Shown here piece by piece: positions 10,966 through 22,249 of a stretch of DNA of 64,000 nucleotides. Both the position numbers and the translations under genes were made by a program. This DNA comes from Candidatus Moraniibacteriota bacterium (lineage in GTDB: Bacteria > Patescibacteriota > Minisyncoccia > Moranbacterales > UBA1568), in contig JBBCGM010000002.1 of assembly GCA_037201605.1 (NCBI GenBank), positions 208,697 to 272,696 of the forward strand, written 5' to 3'. The notes beneath the pieces are model-generated. The model saw only the letters and a list, made by a program, of their open reading frames with translations, had not been told where the DNA came from and did no database searches. Every line of letters starts with the position of its first letter. The stretch's first letter is position 1.

Positions 10966-13900
10966 CTACTCCGGCGCCACTTCCCGCCAGTTAAAGTCAC
11001 AGGAACGGCTTGCCGTTACAGATCCGCTCGTAACCACAGCCTGTGTCCAGCGAGAAGGGTTGGTCAGAACAGTAGTCTCGATAGCGAGTGTCACTCTCAC
11101 AGCTTCGCGGCGTACAGGTGACTGTGATGTCGCGAAAGAGAGATATGGGCGCACTTGGATAACTGGCCTTGATACGCTCGGTTCCCACGTTGTCGGCATT
11201 AATGCGCCGAGTCGATCCCACAGGGGTTAGGCTAACAGCATTGTTACTGCCTTGTTCAGCCCAGTCAGTACTAGAAGTCACATTGCCGCTCGCATCTCCG
11301 CAGGCAGGATTAGGGTTCCAGCACGCAACCGCATTACGTGTCTCTCCGCGTATCATGGTAAAGGAAGGGTCTGGCAGCACCACTCCGGAATTGCATGTGG
11401 TCCCCTGGCAGAGCTTGAGGGTGTTCTGGATATTGACAGAGACGGTATCTCCTCCTGTAACACCCTGAGAATTCACACAGGTCAGCCTGTAGGAAGCGGG
11501 AGCAGTGGCTGTGACCATTGTCATTGCCACCAGATACGCTTTTGGCTCCGCCCCAAGAGCCGCCAGAACCAGTGCAATTTGCTGCATAGGGAATGGACGG
11601 CCCAGGTAATATTGAGATTCGAACCATACGTGACTGTCAGCGGTCCATCGGAACCATTGACCTTCAAATCAACGATAGGAGCAGGCTCTAAGTAAGGCGC
11701 CGTACAGGCAGCAGGTACGCCGCCATTGGTACCAGAGCAAGTCCACGTGTAGGGACCAGGCTCAAGGGCAGGAATTACAGCCGATGGATTTCCGACATTA
11801 CAAAGGCCGATAGTCGCGGAAAGCGAGTCGGAAAGTTGGCGGCCGCACCGCACTGGCCGGGTATGGGCGGCAGGACAGTCACCGAGACCGAGTCTGTACC
11901 GCTTACTCCGACGCTGTTAGTACAAGTAAGTGTGTACGTAGTAGTAGCGATAGCTTGGATGTTGTCACTGCCACCGGCTGGGCTCTTGTTTCCCGGCCAG
12001 CTGGCACCTGCTCCGGTGCATGAGACTGCGTTTGCGACAAGGCCCCAGGTGAGGTTGAGGTTTGTTCCCTGATTGACTGTGAGCGGGCCGTCACTCGCAT
12101 TTACCTTGAGATCGGGAATGGGGGCACTCAAGACATTGACTGTCACAGAGTCTGTTCCTGAAATACCGACGCTATTAGTACAGGTGAGTGTGTAGGTGGT
12201 GGTAGCGGTTGCCTGGAGAGTATCGTTGCCACCGGCTGGGCTCTTGTTTCCCGGCCAGCCAGCTCCCGCACCGGTACAGGAGATAGCATTGGAAATCGCA
12301 TTGTAACGTATGTTTAAATTTGATCCCATTGCGACCGTAAGCGGACCGTCGCTTCCGTTTACTTTGAGATCAACGACTGGAGCTCCGACCGTATTTACTA
12401 CTACGGAATCGCTCCCTGTCCCACCAGGGCCCGTGCACGTAAGCGTATAGGTAGTCGTCGTAGTCGCCTGGAGAGTATCGTTGCCACCGGCTGGGTTCTT
12501 GTTCCCCGGCCAGCTGGCACCTGCTCCGGTGCATGAGACTGCGTTTGCGACAAGGCCCCAGGTGAGGTTGAGGTTAGCACCTACGGCAACAGTAAGTGGG
12601 CCATCAGAGTTGTTGATGCGCAGGTCGGGAGCAGGGGCATTCACCGTATTAACCACCACCGAATCCGTACCCGTGCCTCCAGGACCGGTACAAGTAAGTG
12701 TGTACGTAGTAGTAGCGATAGCTTGGATGTTGTCACTGCCACCGGCTGGGTTCTTGTTCCCCGGCCAGCTGGCACCTGCTCCGGTGCATGAGACTGCGTT
12801 TGCGACAAGGCCCCAGGTGAGGTTGAGGTTAGCACCTACGGCAACAGTAAGTGGGCCATCAGAGTTGTTGATGCGCAGGTCGGGAGCAGGCGGGGCAATG
12901 GGATCAGCGATGGTGATGGTATGGGAAGTCCAACCGGAATTGGCGCCTTTAGAATCCTTGGTCTGTACTTTGAAGGTGTAGGAGCCGGGAGTAGGCCAGC
13001 TACGAGTAAGAGATTGGGATGTACCAGAGGAGACGTAGCTATTACAGTTCGTAGGAGCACAAGCATCAACCAAACTATCATTGTTCCAGTCGAAACCGTA
13101 GTTAATGGTATCGGAATCCGGATCAGTTGCGGTTGCGGTGAAGGAATAGCTTGTATTTCTCATGCCCGCAACGGGACCATCAATAACAGGAGCATTCGGA
13201 GGCCTATTGGACTGTCCGACGGTTACCGTTACGGATGAGGTACTGGTATAAGATTGCGATGGTGTGACAGACCCAAAATAAGCATACGTACCTGAACAGG
13301 TCAGCGTATACGTTGTAGTTTGTGTGGGAGATACTGTAAGCGAGCCAGGCGGCACCACAATGGAATCTCCATTGCCGCTGGGATAGCCCCGCAGAGAACC
13401 AACTCCGTTATCTATCTGGCAGCTGCTGTAGCTTCCAGGAAAATTAAATGCCACTCCCTGAGGGAGTATCCAATTCCAAGAGAGCGTAGTTGATCCTCCA
13501 GGCTGTATGGTATTTGGATTTGCTGTTAGCGTATAGCTCGGCGGCACGGGAGCAGCTCTTGCCACCTCCCCCCCTGCCATGAAGCCGGAAGCAACCGTCA
13601 GCATGAAGAGGATGGCTCCAAACCTGCGTATCCCCTTTCTGCCTCGCATCTTGACGATGGCGATAGCGGCGAGAGCGAGAGCGGTCAGAAGGCCGATGAG
13701 AAGGATGGCCGTACCTTTGGGTCCGGCAAGCCACTCTTTGGCGGCACCGCCCTTAGCCTCGCAGAGGTTGGGATCGATGTCGTTACAGGCATATTTGATA
13801 CTCACTTCCTCTACCACCTGATTCTCTCTTTCCAAGGTAGCGGTCAGGGTGAAGTTCGAGAGATAGCTTGCGGGTGTGAAGTCGTCCTTCCAGCCACCCA

Positions 13901-15047
13901 TAGCACCGGTGATATCGCCCTCGTATTTGTAGGTATGCAAGACATTCCCCTGCTCATCACGAAGAGCCAGGGTGAGGATGTTGCCTGGTACGACTGGTTC
14001 ATTGGTGGAATGCGCGCAGGCAAAAAGGCTGTTCTGCTCGCCTGGCTTGAGCGGGTACTTGAGAATGCTCGGGAAGTTGATGCGCGTTTCCTGGATGCCG
14101 TCGCGTACGAAGCGGATGTCGAGGAGAGACTTGGCGCCCTGATCATCTGCTTCTACCACCAGGTAGGAAACGGCGTCGCTCTTGGACTCGAACTGATAGG
14201 CGAGCTCCTTGCTCTCATTGGGAGCAAGTTCGATGAGCTCGTATTCCTGATTGCGCTGGTTTTCCGGCCGCAGCGCATCCCAGGCATATTCTTTCCAGGT
14301 GAGGCGGATGACTTTTGATTCGCTCGTCGGATTGACGAGCTTCATCTTGGCAGTGACCGTATCGCTTGCGGCAAAGTGCAGCGGGAAAGCAGCGAAGTGA
14401 TGGTCTTGGTCGTTTAAGGTGACCGAGGTGCGGTCGAAAGAAGCAGCCAGAGCAGGAGTGTCACTCGTTACCGAAAATTGGGCCTGGTTCCCTACCACGT
14501 CATCGGTAAAGGAAAGACCGAGGAGATTGTAGCGTCCTTCGGTCGCAAAGAAGGCAGTTGCATAGTACTCGCCACCGAGAGCAAGCTCGGGTACGTGCCA
14601 GGTAAAGGTAAAGGGTTTTTCACCCTGGGCTGCGAGGGTAAAGGTATCGGGGAGGGTGAACTGATCAACCAGGACATTGCCATCGCCTTGGGAGAAACTC
14701 GCTTCATCCCGGCGGAAGATCTTGAAGTAGAGGGTGCCGTTAACGAGCGGGTAGTCGTTTTGGTTTTTCACCTGGCCAGTGAAAGCAATGTCGGCTCCCG
14801 GCACAGTTTGGGCAAGGGAGGATTCGAAGTCAGCCTGGACGGAACCGAAGCGGTAGTAGTCAAAGCAGGCGACATTGCCTGCGGGTTCCCCGCCGGGAGC
14901 GGAGGGGATGGGAGGGAGACCCTGATCTGCTTGGGATTGGGTGGGTAAGGCAGGGGCTGCGATGGTCTCGGGGGTGGTTGCCTGGGCCTCGACTAGATAA
15001 GGAAAAAAGAGGCTAAACAAAAGGAAGAGAAGAAATGCTCTTTTCAT
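10966..15047 (-). CDS. Large surface protein, paralogue B (same architecture as A, more Ig-like repeats); at least 3 frameshifts at the 3' end
   Basis: ORF 11775..15047 (1090 aa) is followed by 11521..11853, 10997..11587 and 10966..11199, which continue the same protein. The fragments carry ...PYTWTCSGTNGGVPAACTAPY, a further Ig-like repeat, a Big_2-like segment RINADNVGTERIKASY and a C-terminal SRSCDFNWREVAPE identical to paralogue A. The signal peptide is MKRAFLLFLLFSLFFPYLVEA. The gene starts 41 nt after the pilB stop. Confidence 0.8.
11826..12126. repeat. Partner of 7762..8062
   Basis: See 7762..8062. In addition, 240-bp (80-aa) near-identical Ig-repeat units occur in tandem at about 12,480-12,900; shadow ORF 12481..12981 contains the same 53-aa string twice. 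Confidence 0.85.
13565..14990. repeat. Direct repeat copy 2 (5' module of paralogue B)
   Basis: See 9415..10840. The two copies show no indel across about 1.4 kb. Confidence 0.9.
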
Positions 15048-15088
15048 ATTTTTATTACAAGCCCCTTACCTTTAGTATACCCCATTTC

Positions 15089-16834
15089 TTATTCTTTGGT
15101 GACGCGGATGACTTCTTCAAGCGAGGTTACTCCCTGAATAACCTTCAGAATGCCATCCTCGGCCATGGTAAACATACCATTTTCTCTAGCCTTGGTTTCA
15201 ATCGCTTCCGTAGTACCGGATTGAGTAATGAGTTTGCGCACGTCGGTATCCATGGGAAGAATTTCGAAAATGCCCTGACGTCCTTTGTAGCCCTCTCCTC
15301 CGCATTGATCGCAACCCTTGGCCCGATAGAATTCGGCTTCCGCCAGGCTCGAAGTCTTTTCCAAGTACTTTTTACCAACGCTATCACTCTTGAGGCGCGT
15401 GAAGATATCGTCGATCGGGTAGAGCTTGGAGAGAGACTCGAGTTCTTTGGGTTCCAAATGGTATTTCTCTCGGCATTCGACGCACAGACGGCGCACCAAG
15501 CGCTGGGCCATAATCATGTTCACCGTCGAGGCAATAAGGAACGGCTCGGCACCCATATCAAGCATGCGCGGCAAGGCCGCCGCAGCAGAGTTGGTATGAA
15601 GCGTTGAGAGCACGAGGTGGCCAGTCATCGCAGCATTAAGGGCAATCTCGAGCGTTTCCTTGTCACGGATTTCACCCACCATGATGATATCAGGATCCTG
15701 ACGAAGGAGGGCGCGCAGGGCTGCCGCAAACGACATGCCGATCTTGCTCGAGATCTGCGTCTGGTTGACCCGAGGCATCCGGTATTCTACCGGATCTTCG
15801 ACAGTCGAGATGTTCACCTCGGGAGTATTCAATATGTCCATGACCGTGTAGAGCGTCGTGGTCTTACCGCTTCCGGTCGGACCCGTGACGAGGATCATCC
15901 CGTTAGGCTTGTTGATTTCGCGCTGCATAATCTCAAGCCCGTCCGGATGCATACCCATCTTTTCCAGGGTCAGGCCCTTGGAAGACTCGTCGAGCAAACG
16001 CATGACGATCTTTTCCCCGTCAAATACCGGTAAGATACTGACACGGAAAGAAATCTTGTACTCGTCACTCTCGATCTTGAAACGGCCGTCCTGCGGCAGA
16101 CGATGCTCGTCAAGCTTGAGGCTGGAGAGCACCTTGATGCGCGCCACCAGCCCGGAGGCGCTGGACTTCGGAAGCGTCATGGCATCATGGAGGATACCGT
16201 CAATACGGTAGCGCACGTGGATCTCGTTTTCTTCGGGTTCAATATGAATATCGCTTGCCTGCTCCAGGATGGCGTGCTTGAGAAGAGTGTCCACGATACG
16301 GATCACGGGCAATTCATTAGCGGCGGCGGCCAGATTTTCCTCCGGCTTGTCGCCTGGCGCCAGTACCTTGTCGGTCAAAAGATCACCGAACTCGGCTTTG
16401 AGACTCTTTTCATACTGGCGCAGGGCCGCCTGCACCGATTCGCGGCTCGTCAGACAAGGTACGATTTTAAGACCGGTTTTCTTCTTAATAAAGTCGATGG
16501 TCTGCAGGTCATCGGGGTTGAGCATGGCCACCTTCAAATCGCTCCCCGTTTTCTGGAAAGCGACGATGTTGTATTTCTTGGCAATCAGTTCCGGAACGAT
16601 CTGGAGGACATCCAGCGGAATAACCTCTTTGGTGAGATCCACATAGGGAAAACCAAGCATATAGGCATAGCTCTTCTGGAGCTGTACCTCATCCATGAGC
16701 TTGTCTTCCAAGAGCACTCCTCCGAGCTCTTTCTGATTTTCCTTGGCCTTCTGGAATGCCTGATCCACCTGCTCTTTGGGCAGAATATTCGAATCAATCA
16801 AAAACAGGCGAAGTTCCTCGGGATTAATGCGCAT
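15089..16834 (-). CDS. pilB: Type IV pilus assembly ATPase PilB (GspE/PilB family)
   Basis: The 581-aa protein has a T2SSE N-terminal domain, Walker A GPTGSGKTTTLY, Walker B/Asp box ILVGEIRD, His box, and the tetracysteine CVEC...CDQCGGEGYKGR typical of PilB. Confidence 0.92.
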   Translation of the reverse strand: MRINPEELRLFLIDSNILPKEQVDQAFQKAKENQKELGGVLLEDKLMDEVQLQKSYAYMLGFPYVDLTKEVIPLDVLQIVPELIAKKYNIVAFQKTGSDLKVAMLNPDDLQTIDFIKKKTGLKIVPCLTSRESVQAALRQYEKSLKAEFGDLLTDKVLAPGDKPEENLAAAANELPVIRIVDTLLKHAILEQASDIHIEPEENEIHVRYRIDGILHDAMTLPKSSASGLVARIKVLSSLKLDEHRLPQDGRFKIESDEYKISFRVSILPVFDGEKIVMRLLDESSKGLTLEKMGMHPDGLEIMQREINKPNGMILVTGPTGSGKTTTLYTVMDILNTPEVNISTVEDPVEYRMPRVNQTQISSKIGMSFAAALRALLRQDPDIIMVGEIRDKETLEIALNAAMTGHLVLSTLHTNSAAAALPRMLDMGAEPFLIASTVNMIMAQRLVRRLCVECREKYHLEPKELESLSKLYPIDDIFTRLKSDSVGKKYLEKTSSLAEAEFYRAKGCDQCGGEGYKGRQGIFEILPMDTDVRKLITQSGTTEAIETKARENGMFTMAEDGILKVIQGVTSLEEVIRVTKE

Positions 16835-16863
16835 AGATCGCGTTTTGTTTCGGTGTTTTTTCG

Positions 16864-16872
16864 ATTATACCA
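16864..16872 (-). promoter_or_regulatory. Extended -10 promoter element (TGgTATAAT) upstream of pilB
   Basis: The minus strand reads ttttttgTGgTATAATcgaaaa..., 29 nt before the pilB ATG (16834) and immediately after the groEL terminator. Confidence 0.4.
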
Positions 16873-16877
16873 CAAAA

Positions 16878-16900
16878 AAGAGGCGCATCGCGCCTCTTTT
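16878..16900 (-). terminator. Rho-independent terminator of groEL
   Basis: The minus strand reads aaaagaggcgcgatgcgcctcttttttgtgg: a GC-rich stem (gaggcgc/gcgcctc) followed by T6. Confidence 0.75.
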
Positions 16901-16924
16901 CCGTTTCTGATTCCAATAAAAACC

Positions 16925-18589
<1,665 letters not shown>

Positions 18590-18605
18590 TTAAGAATGAG
18601 GAGTA

Positions 18606-18632
18606 TTAGCACTCCGTATTATAGACTGCTAG
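18606..18632. promoter_or_regulatory. CIRCE-like inverted repeat (HrcA operator) in the groEL promoter
   Basis: TTAGCACTC (18606-18614), 9 nt, then GACTGCTAG (18624-32). Against the CIRCE consensus TTAGCACTC-N9-GAGTGCTAA the left arm matches 9/9 and the right arm 7/9. Confidence 0.6.
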
Positions 18633-18646
18633 ATTGGCCGCGTCAA
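18618..18646 (-). promoter_or_regulatory. Sigma70-like promoter of groEL
   Basis: Minus strand: TTGACG (18646-18641), a 17-nt spacer, then TATAAT (18623-18618). The -10 lies inside the CIRCE spacer. Confidence 0.6.
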
Positions 18647-18648
18647 CC

Positions 18649-19698
18649 TTAAATTTTGAAAACAATGACGTCTCCGTCAGCTACGATGTAGTCTTTGCCT
18701 TCTAAGCCCAAGGTCCCCTGCTCGCGCGCCTTCCCCCACGACCCCGCTTCGATGAGTTTCTCCCACGCAATCACTTCTGCTCGGATAAACTTCTCCTCGA
18801 AATCGCCATGAATAGCGGCCCCGGCCTGAGGCGCAGTCGAATGCTCCCGAATAGTCCAGGCCCGCGTCTCTTCAGGACCGGTCGTAAAATAGGTTATGAG
18901 CCCAAGCAGCCGATACGATGCCTGGATGAGCTCGGGAAGCAGACTGATCATGCCGAGTTCCGCTGCTTCTTCCGCCGTCATATGCGCAAGCTCTTCTTCA
19001 ATCTTGATATCGAGTTTGACGTGCGGCCGCGCCTCAAGCAAAGGCGCCAAGACTGCCTCCGTATCGGAAACGTTATACACGTAGAGAAACGGCTTGGCCG
19101 TGAGGAGTTGCAAACCACGCAGAATCTTGAGTTCATCTTCACTCGATGAAGCCAAAAGCCCTGATGCAGGTTTCCCATTTTCTAGAAGCGTTTCCAGCTT
19201 CGCGATAAGACCCAGTTCCGTAACTGCTTCCTTGTGGCCGGCGCGCGCTTCTTTTTCCGTTTTCACCTTGCGCTTCGCCACCGTTTCCAAGTCGGCAAGG
19301 GCAAGCTCCGTATTGATGACTTCGATATCGTTTTCCGGATCGACTTTTGTGTGTACGTGAATAATATTGGGATCCTGGAAAACCCGGGTCACCTCGATCA
19401 CCGCGTCTACCTCGCGAATGTTGGCCAGGAATTTATTGCCCAGTCCCTCCCCTTGGCTGGCACCCTTCACCAGTCCGGCGATATCAACAAACTCTATGAC
19501 TGCGGGAATGATTTTCTGGCTCTGGGAAAGCGTTGCGAGCTTCGCTAGCCGCTCGTCCGGCACCTCCACAATCCCGACGTTGGGTTCGATAGTGCAGAAA
19601 GGATAGTTATTGATATCGACCACCTTGCGCGTAAGAGCCGCAAAAAGGGTGGATTTCCCCACATTGGGCAGACCGACGATTCCGACTTTCAGTGACAT
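18649..19698 (-). CDS. ychF: Ribosome-binding ATPase YchF (Obg-like GTPase family)
   Basis: The 349-aa protein starts [23 protein letters not shown] (G1) and has [17 protein letters not shown], a coiled-coil insert and a C-terminal TGS-like domain (ETRAWTI...[15 protein letters not shown]). Confidence 0.93.
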   Translation of the reverse strand: MSLKVGIVGLPNVGKSTLFAALTRKVVDINNYPFCTIEPNVGIVEVPDERLAKLATLSQSQKIIPAVIEFVDIAGLVKGASQGEGLGNKFLANIREVDAVIEVTRVFQDPNIIHVHTKVDPENDIEVINTELALADLETVAKRKVKTEKEARAGHKEAVTELGLIAKLETLLENGKPASGLLASSSEDELKILRGLQLLTAKPFLYVYNVSDTEAVLAPLLEARPHVKLDIKIEEELAHMTAEEAAELGMISLLPELIQASYRLLGLITYFTTGPEETRAWTIREHSTAPQAGAAIHGDFEEKFIRAEVIAWEKLIEAGSWGKAREQGTLGLEGKDYIVADGDVIVFKI

Positions 19699-19720
19699 AG
19701 CGTTTCAAAAAGATAGCCTA

Positions 19721-19749
19721 TTATGCGTCAAAAGGACACTACAGTCAAA
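19721..19749 (-). promoter_or_regulatory. Candidate promoter of ychF
   Basis: Minus strand: TTGACT (19749-19744), a 17-nt spacer, then CATAAT (19726-19721). Confidence 0.4.
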
Positions 19750-19764
19750 CCCTTCAAGACGCTC

Positions 19765-19800
19765 AGGATAAAGAAAAAGGAGTCCTGGAAGGACTCCTTG
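19765..19800 (-). terminator. Rho-independent terminator after the 176-aa hypothetical gene
   Basis: aaggagtcc (19778-86) pairs perfectly with ggactcctt (19792-800). On the minus strand the stem is followed by tttctttat. Confidence 0.65.
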
Positions 19801-19823
19801 AGTTACGGCTGGTTCAGCCGAAT

Positions 19824-20354
19824 TTAGGCCGCTTTGCGATGTTGCGAGGCTTGAAAGAATTCTTGAACGAAATCCTGCTTCAGCGCCGAGGTGGTAATCT
19901 CGTTGAGAAAAGCGCTTGCTCGCTGACGAAATAGCCAGTCCGGTTTCTGCCACTCTAGCGAATAAGGTAGATCAGGAAGCTGTTCAGCGAGATTAGCAAA
20001 ACGCTGATCCTGAGTGACCTCTACGAAGCCCACCGAGACATCCCATTCGCGATGAGAAAATTGGCCGATCTGCTTCCAAGGCCGCTTAAGGCCTACGTCG
20101 CTCCAGGGAAACTGACGGCGAATGGCATCACGAACCGTCTCGCCCAGTTCAAGCTCAATTTCAACGAAGCCGAAACGTTTAGCCAAGTTGTCGCGCGCCA
20201 CGAGAAACGTGAGACTTTCACGCGGTTTGATAAGCCTCTCAGGCTGGTTAGCAGGAACCCGCTTGTTGTTTTCCTTTTCCACTCCCGAGAGGGCGCGGTC
20301 TGGCATAACAAACGCCATAATGACCAGGGCTTTTTTGCGCCGACGCCTACCCAT
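19824..20354 (-). CDS. Hypothetical protein (no family recognised)
   Basis: The ORF looks coding. AAAGGAG sits 8 nt before the ATG at 20354 (MGRRRRKK...); the GTG at 20363 listed in the track lies inside the RBS. An extended -10 lies upstream and a terminator downstream. Confidence 0.55.
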   Translation of the reverse strand: MGRRRRKKALVIMAFVMPDRALSGVEKENNKRVPANQPERLIKPRESLTFLVARDNLAKRFGFVEIELELGETVRDAIRRQFPWSDVGLKRPWKQIGQFSHREWDVSVGFVEVTQDQRFANLAEQLPDLPYSLEWQKPDWLFRQRASAFLNEITTSALKQDFVQEFFQASQHRKAA

Positions 20355-20386
20355 TTTCCACACTCCTTTGTAATGAACGTGCCAAG

Positions 20387-20395
20387 ATTATACCA
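20387..20395 (-). promoter_or_regulatory. Extended -10 promoter element (TGgTATAAT) for the hypothetical gene
   Basis: The minus strand reads ttttcTGgTATAATcttggc. Confidence 0.45.
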
Positions 20396-20417
20396 GAAAA
20401 TACTTCCGAGTCAATGA

Positions 20418-20426
20418 TGATATAAT
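20418..20426 (+). promoter_or_regulatory. Extended -10 promoter element (TGaTATAAT) for the phosphomannomutase gene
   Basis: The + strand reads tcaaTGaTGaTATAATgaat, 27 nt before the ATG at 20454. It is divergent from the previous element. Confidence 0.45.
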
Positions 20427-20453
20427 GAATATATTACTCGTATCTCTCTTGCT

Positions 20454-21792
20454 ATGCAGCCTTCCATTTTCAAAGCCTACGATATCCGCGGTCTGTACCC
20501 GTCAGAAATAGACGAGGAGGCCGCTTATCTGATCGGCAGGGCTACCGTCGCCCAGTTTTCCCTTACCCGTCTTGCCGTTGGCCGGGATGCCCGCGCATCC
20601 AGCCCGGCGCTTTTTGAAGCTTTTGCCCGCGGGGCCTGCGAACAAGGTGCCGATGTTATCGACCTAGGCCTCCTTACCACGCCCATGGTCTACTTCGCCG
20701 CTTGGCGCTACCCCGAAATAGAGGCAGTCGCTTCCATCACGGCCTCGCACAATCCGCCCGAATACAACGGGATGAAAATAGCACTCAAAAATGCCGTACC
20801 GGTGGGGAGCGAGAGCGGCCTCGAAGACATCAAGCGCCGAGTCTTAGAAAAAGATTTTCCGGAAAGCGCGCGTACTGGTAGCCTTACCTCCAAAGAGATC
20901 AAAACCGATTACTACCGCTACTTCGGAGCCTTTGCCGATTTCGGCGACTGGCGCGCGCGTGTAGTTATCGATACCGCTAATGCCATGGGCGTTTTGGAAC
21001 TGCCCATTTTCCAAGAACGACATAAAAACCTGGAACTCGGACTCCTCTACGACGACCTGGAGCACCCCTTCAGCGCCCATGAAGCCAATCCGCTGAAAAC
21101 CGAAACGCTTGATGAATTGCGGACAGCCGTCACTAGCCACCAGGCGAGCTTAGGTATCGCTTTCGACGGGGATGCCGATCGCGTCGGCTTCGTGGATGAA
21201 AAAGGGATTCCCATTCCCATGGATCTCGTGACGGGACTAATTGCGGAAATTGTTTTGGAGCGCCATCCTGGAGCCACGATTCTTTACGATCTGCGCTCCT
21301 CACGCGCCGTCAAAGAAATAATCGAGGAGCGGGGAGGAAAAGCCCTTGAATGCAAAGTGGGCCACGCCAATATTAAGCGCCAGATGCGCGATACGGGCGC
21401 TCTTTTTGCCGGCGAACTCTCCGGCCACTACTATTTCGAGGAAAATTCGATGGCGGAAGCCGGCTCTTTGCCGGCTCTCATGCTCTTAAACCTCATGGCC
21501 AAAACGGGGGAAACCCATTTCGGAGCTGGTAAGTGGCCTGCAGCGCTATGCTCATTCGGGTGAGATCAATAGCGAGGTAGCCGACAAGGACGCGGTGCTT
21601 ACAAAACTGAAAGAACAATATGCCGACGGAGAACAAAGCGAGCTTGACGGCCTGAAAGTAAGCTACCCCGACTGGTGGTTTAACGTGCGCGCTTCCAATA
21701 CCGAACCCTTGCTTCGTCTCAACCTGGAAGCCGAGACTGTAGAGGCAATGGAAGCCAAAAAGAGCGAACTGCTTGCCATCATCCGCGGATAG
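20454..21792 (+). CDS. Phosphomannomutase/phosphoglucomutase (alpha-D-phosphohexomutase), frameshifted
   Basis: It has the catalytic loop SITASHNPPEYNGMK, the metal loop FDGDADR and the sugar loop GELSGHYYF. ORF 20454..21563 ends in nonsense (THFGAGKWPAALCSFG*). The next frame reads ISELVSGLQRYAHSGEINSEV... and continues into ORF 21595..21792 (domain 4, FNVRASNTEPLLRLNLEA). The switch is at the C-run 21514-21516. Confidence 0.9.
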
Positions 21793-21842
21793 GCTATACT
21801 AGTCTCTGATGAGCTACAAAAATCCATTCTTTCTGAATATCT

Positions 21843-21868
21843 AACCGCCCACGAGGGCGGTTTTTTTT
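21843..21868 (+). terminator. Rho-independent terminator of the phosphomannomutase gene
   Basis: aaccgccc (21843-50) pairs with gggcggtt (21855-62) around loop acga, followed by T8. Confidence 0.8.
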
Positions 21869-21902
21869 GTAGCCTGAAAAGCTCTTTAAAAAAGGAGGTG
21901 CT

Positions 21903-22205
21903 ATGAAAAAAGTTATTCCCATTCAAACGCCCGTAACCAATCTCTTGGGGCATCAAGAGTTACTGCGCTGGTACCGGGGCGCCCAGGGACTTGGAGAACA
22001 AGTGCTCTGCCCCCTGATGGATACGGTGCCCGGCCTGCACGTACCCCGTACGCTTCCTTGTGACTGCCCCGATGCGCGCAAACACTTCCTGATGCTCAGC
22101 TGGACATGCACTCGAGAAGGAGAATGTTTACCGCGTAAAGTCTGGTCTTGGCCGAATAGCCTCGTCGGTAATGAACTCTACGAATACTATCGACGAAACC
22201 CCTAA
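21903..22205 (+). CDS. Small Cys-rich hypothetical protein (100 aa)
   Basis: A strong SD AAGGAGGTG sits 5 nt before the ATG. The ORF is bracketed by terminators on both sides. It contains six Cys (CPLMD...CDCPD...CTREGEC). No family was recognised. Confidence 0.5.
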   Translation: MKKVIPIQTPVTNLLGHQELLRWYRGAQGLGEQVLCPLMDTVPGLHVPRTLPCDCPDARKHFLMLSWTCTREGECLPRKVWSWPNSLVGNELYEYYRRNP

Positions 22206-22210
22206 TAAAA

Positions 22211-22245
22211 ACCTCCCTTGGCAACGCTCGGGGAGGTCTTTTCTT
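22211..22245. terminator. Bidirectional terminator between the small ORF and trpS
   Basis: acctccc (22211-17) pairs with gggaggt (22231-37). T-rich runs follow on both strands. Confidence 0.5.
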
Positions 22246-22249
22246 GAGT

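Noticed and set aside
7772-12981. Pairs of identical 60-170-aa + strand ORFs (for example 7772..8008 = 11836..12072, and 12481..12981 with an internal duplication)
   Set aside because: They are antisense shadows of the Ig-like repeat DNA of the minus-strand surface-protein genes. They are useful only as evidence of repeat identity.
6893-15047. Near-identical repeat pairs in the surface-protein genes considered as template/variable repeats of a diversity-generating retroelement
   Set aside because: There is no reverse transcriptase or accessory gene in the window. The long repeats are 100% identical rather than differing at adenines, and the diverged C-terminal segments differ at all base types.
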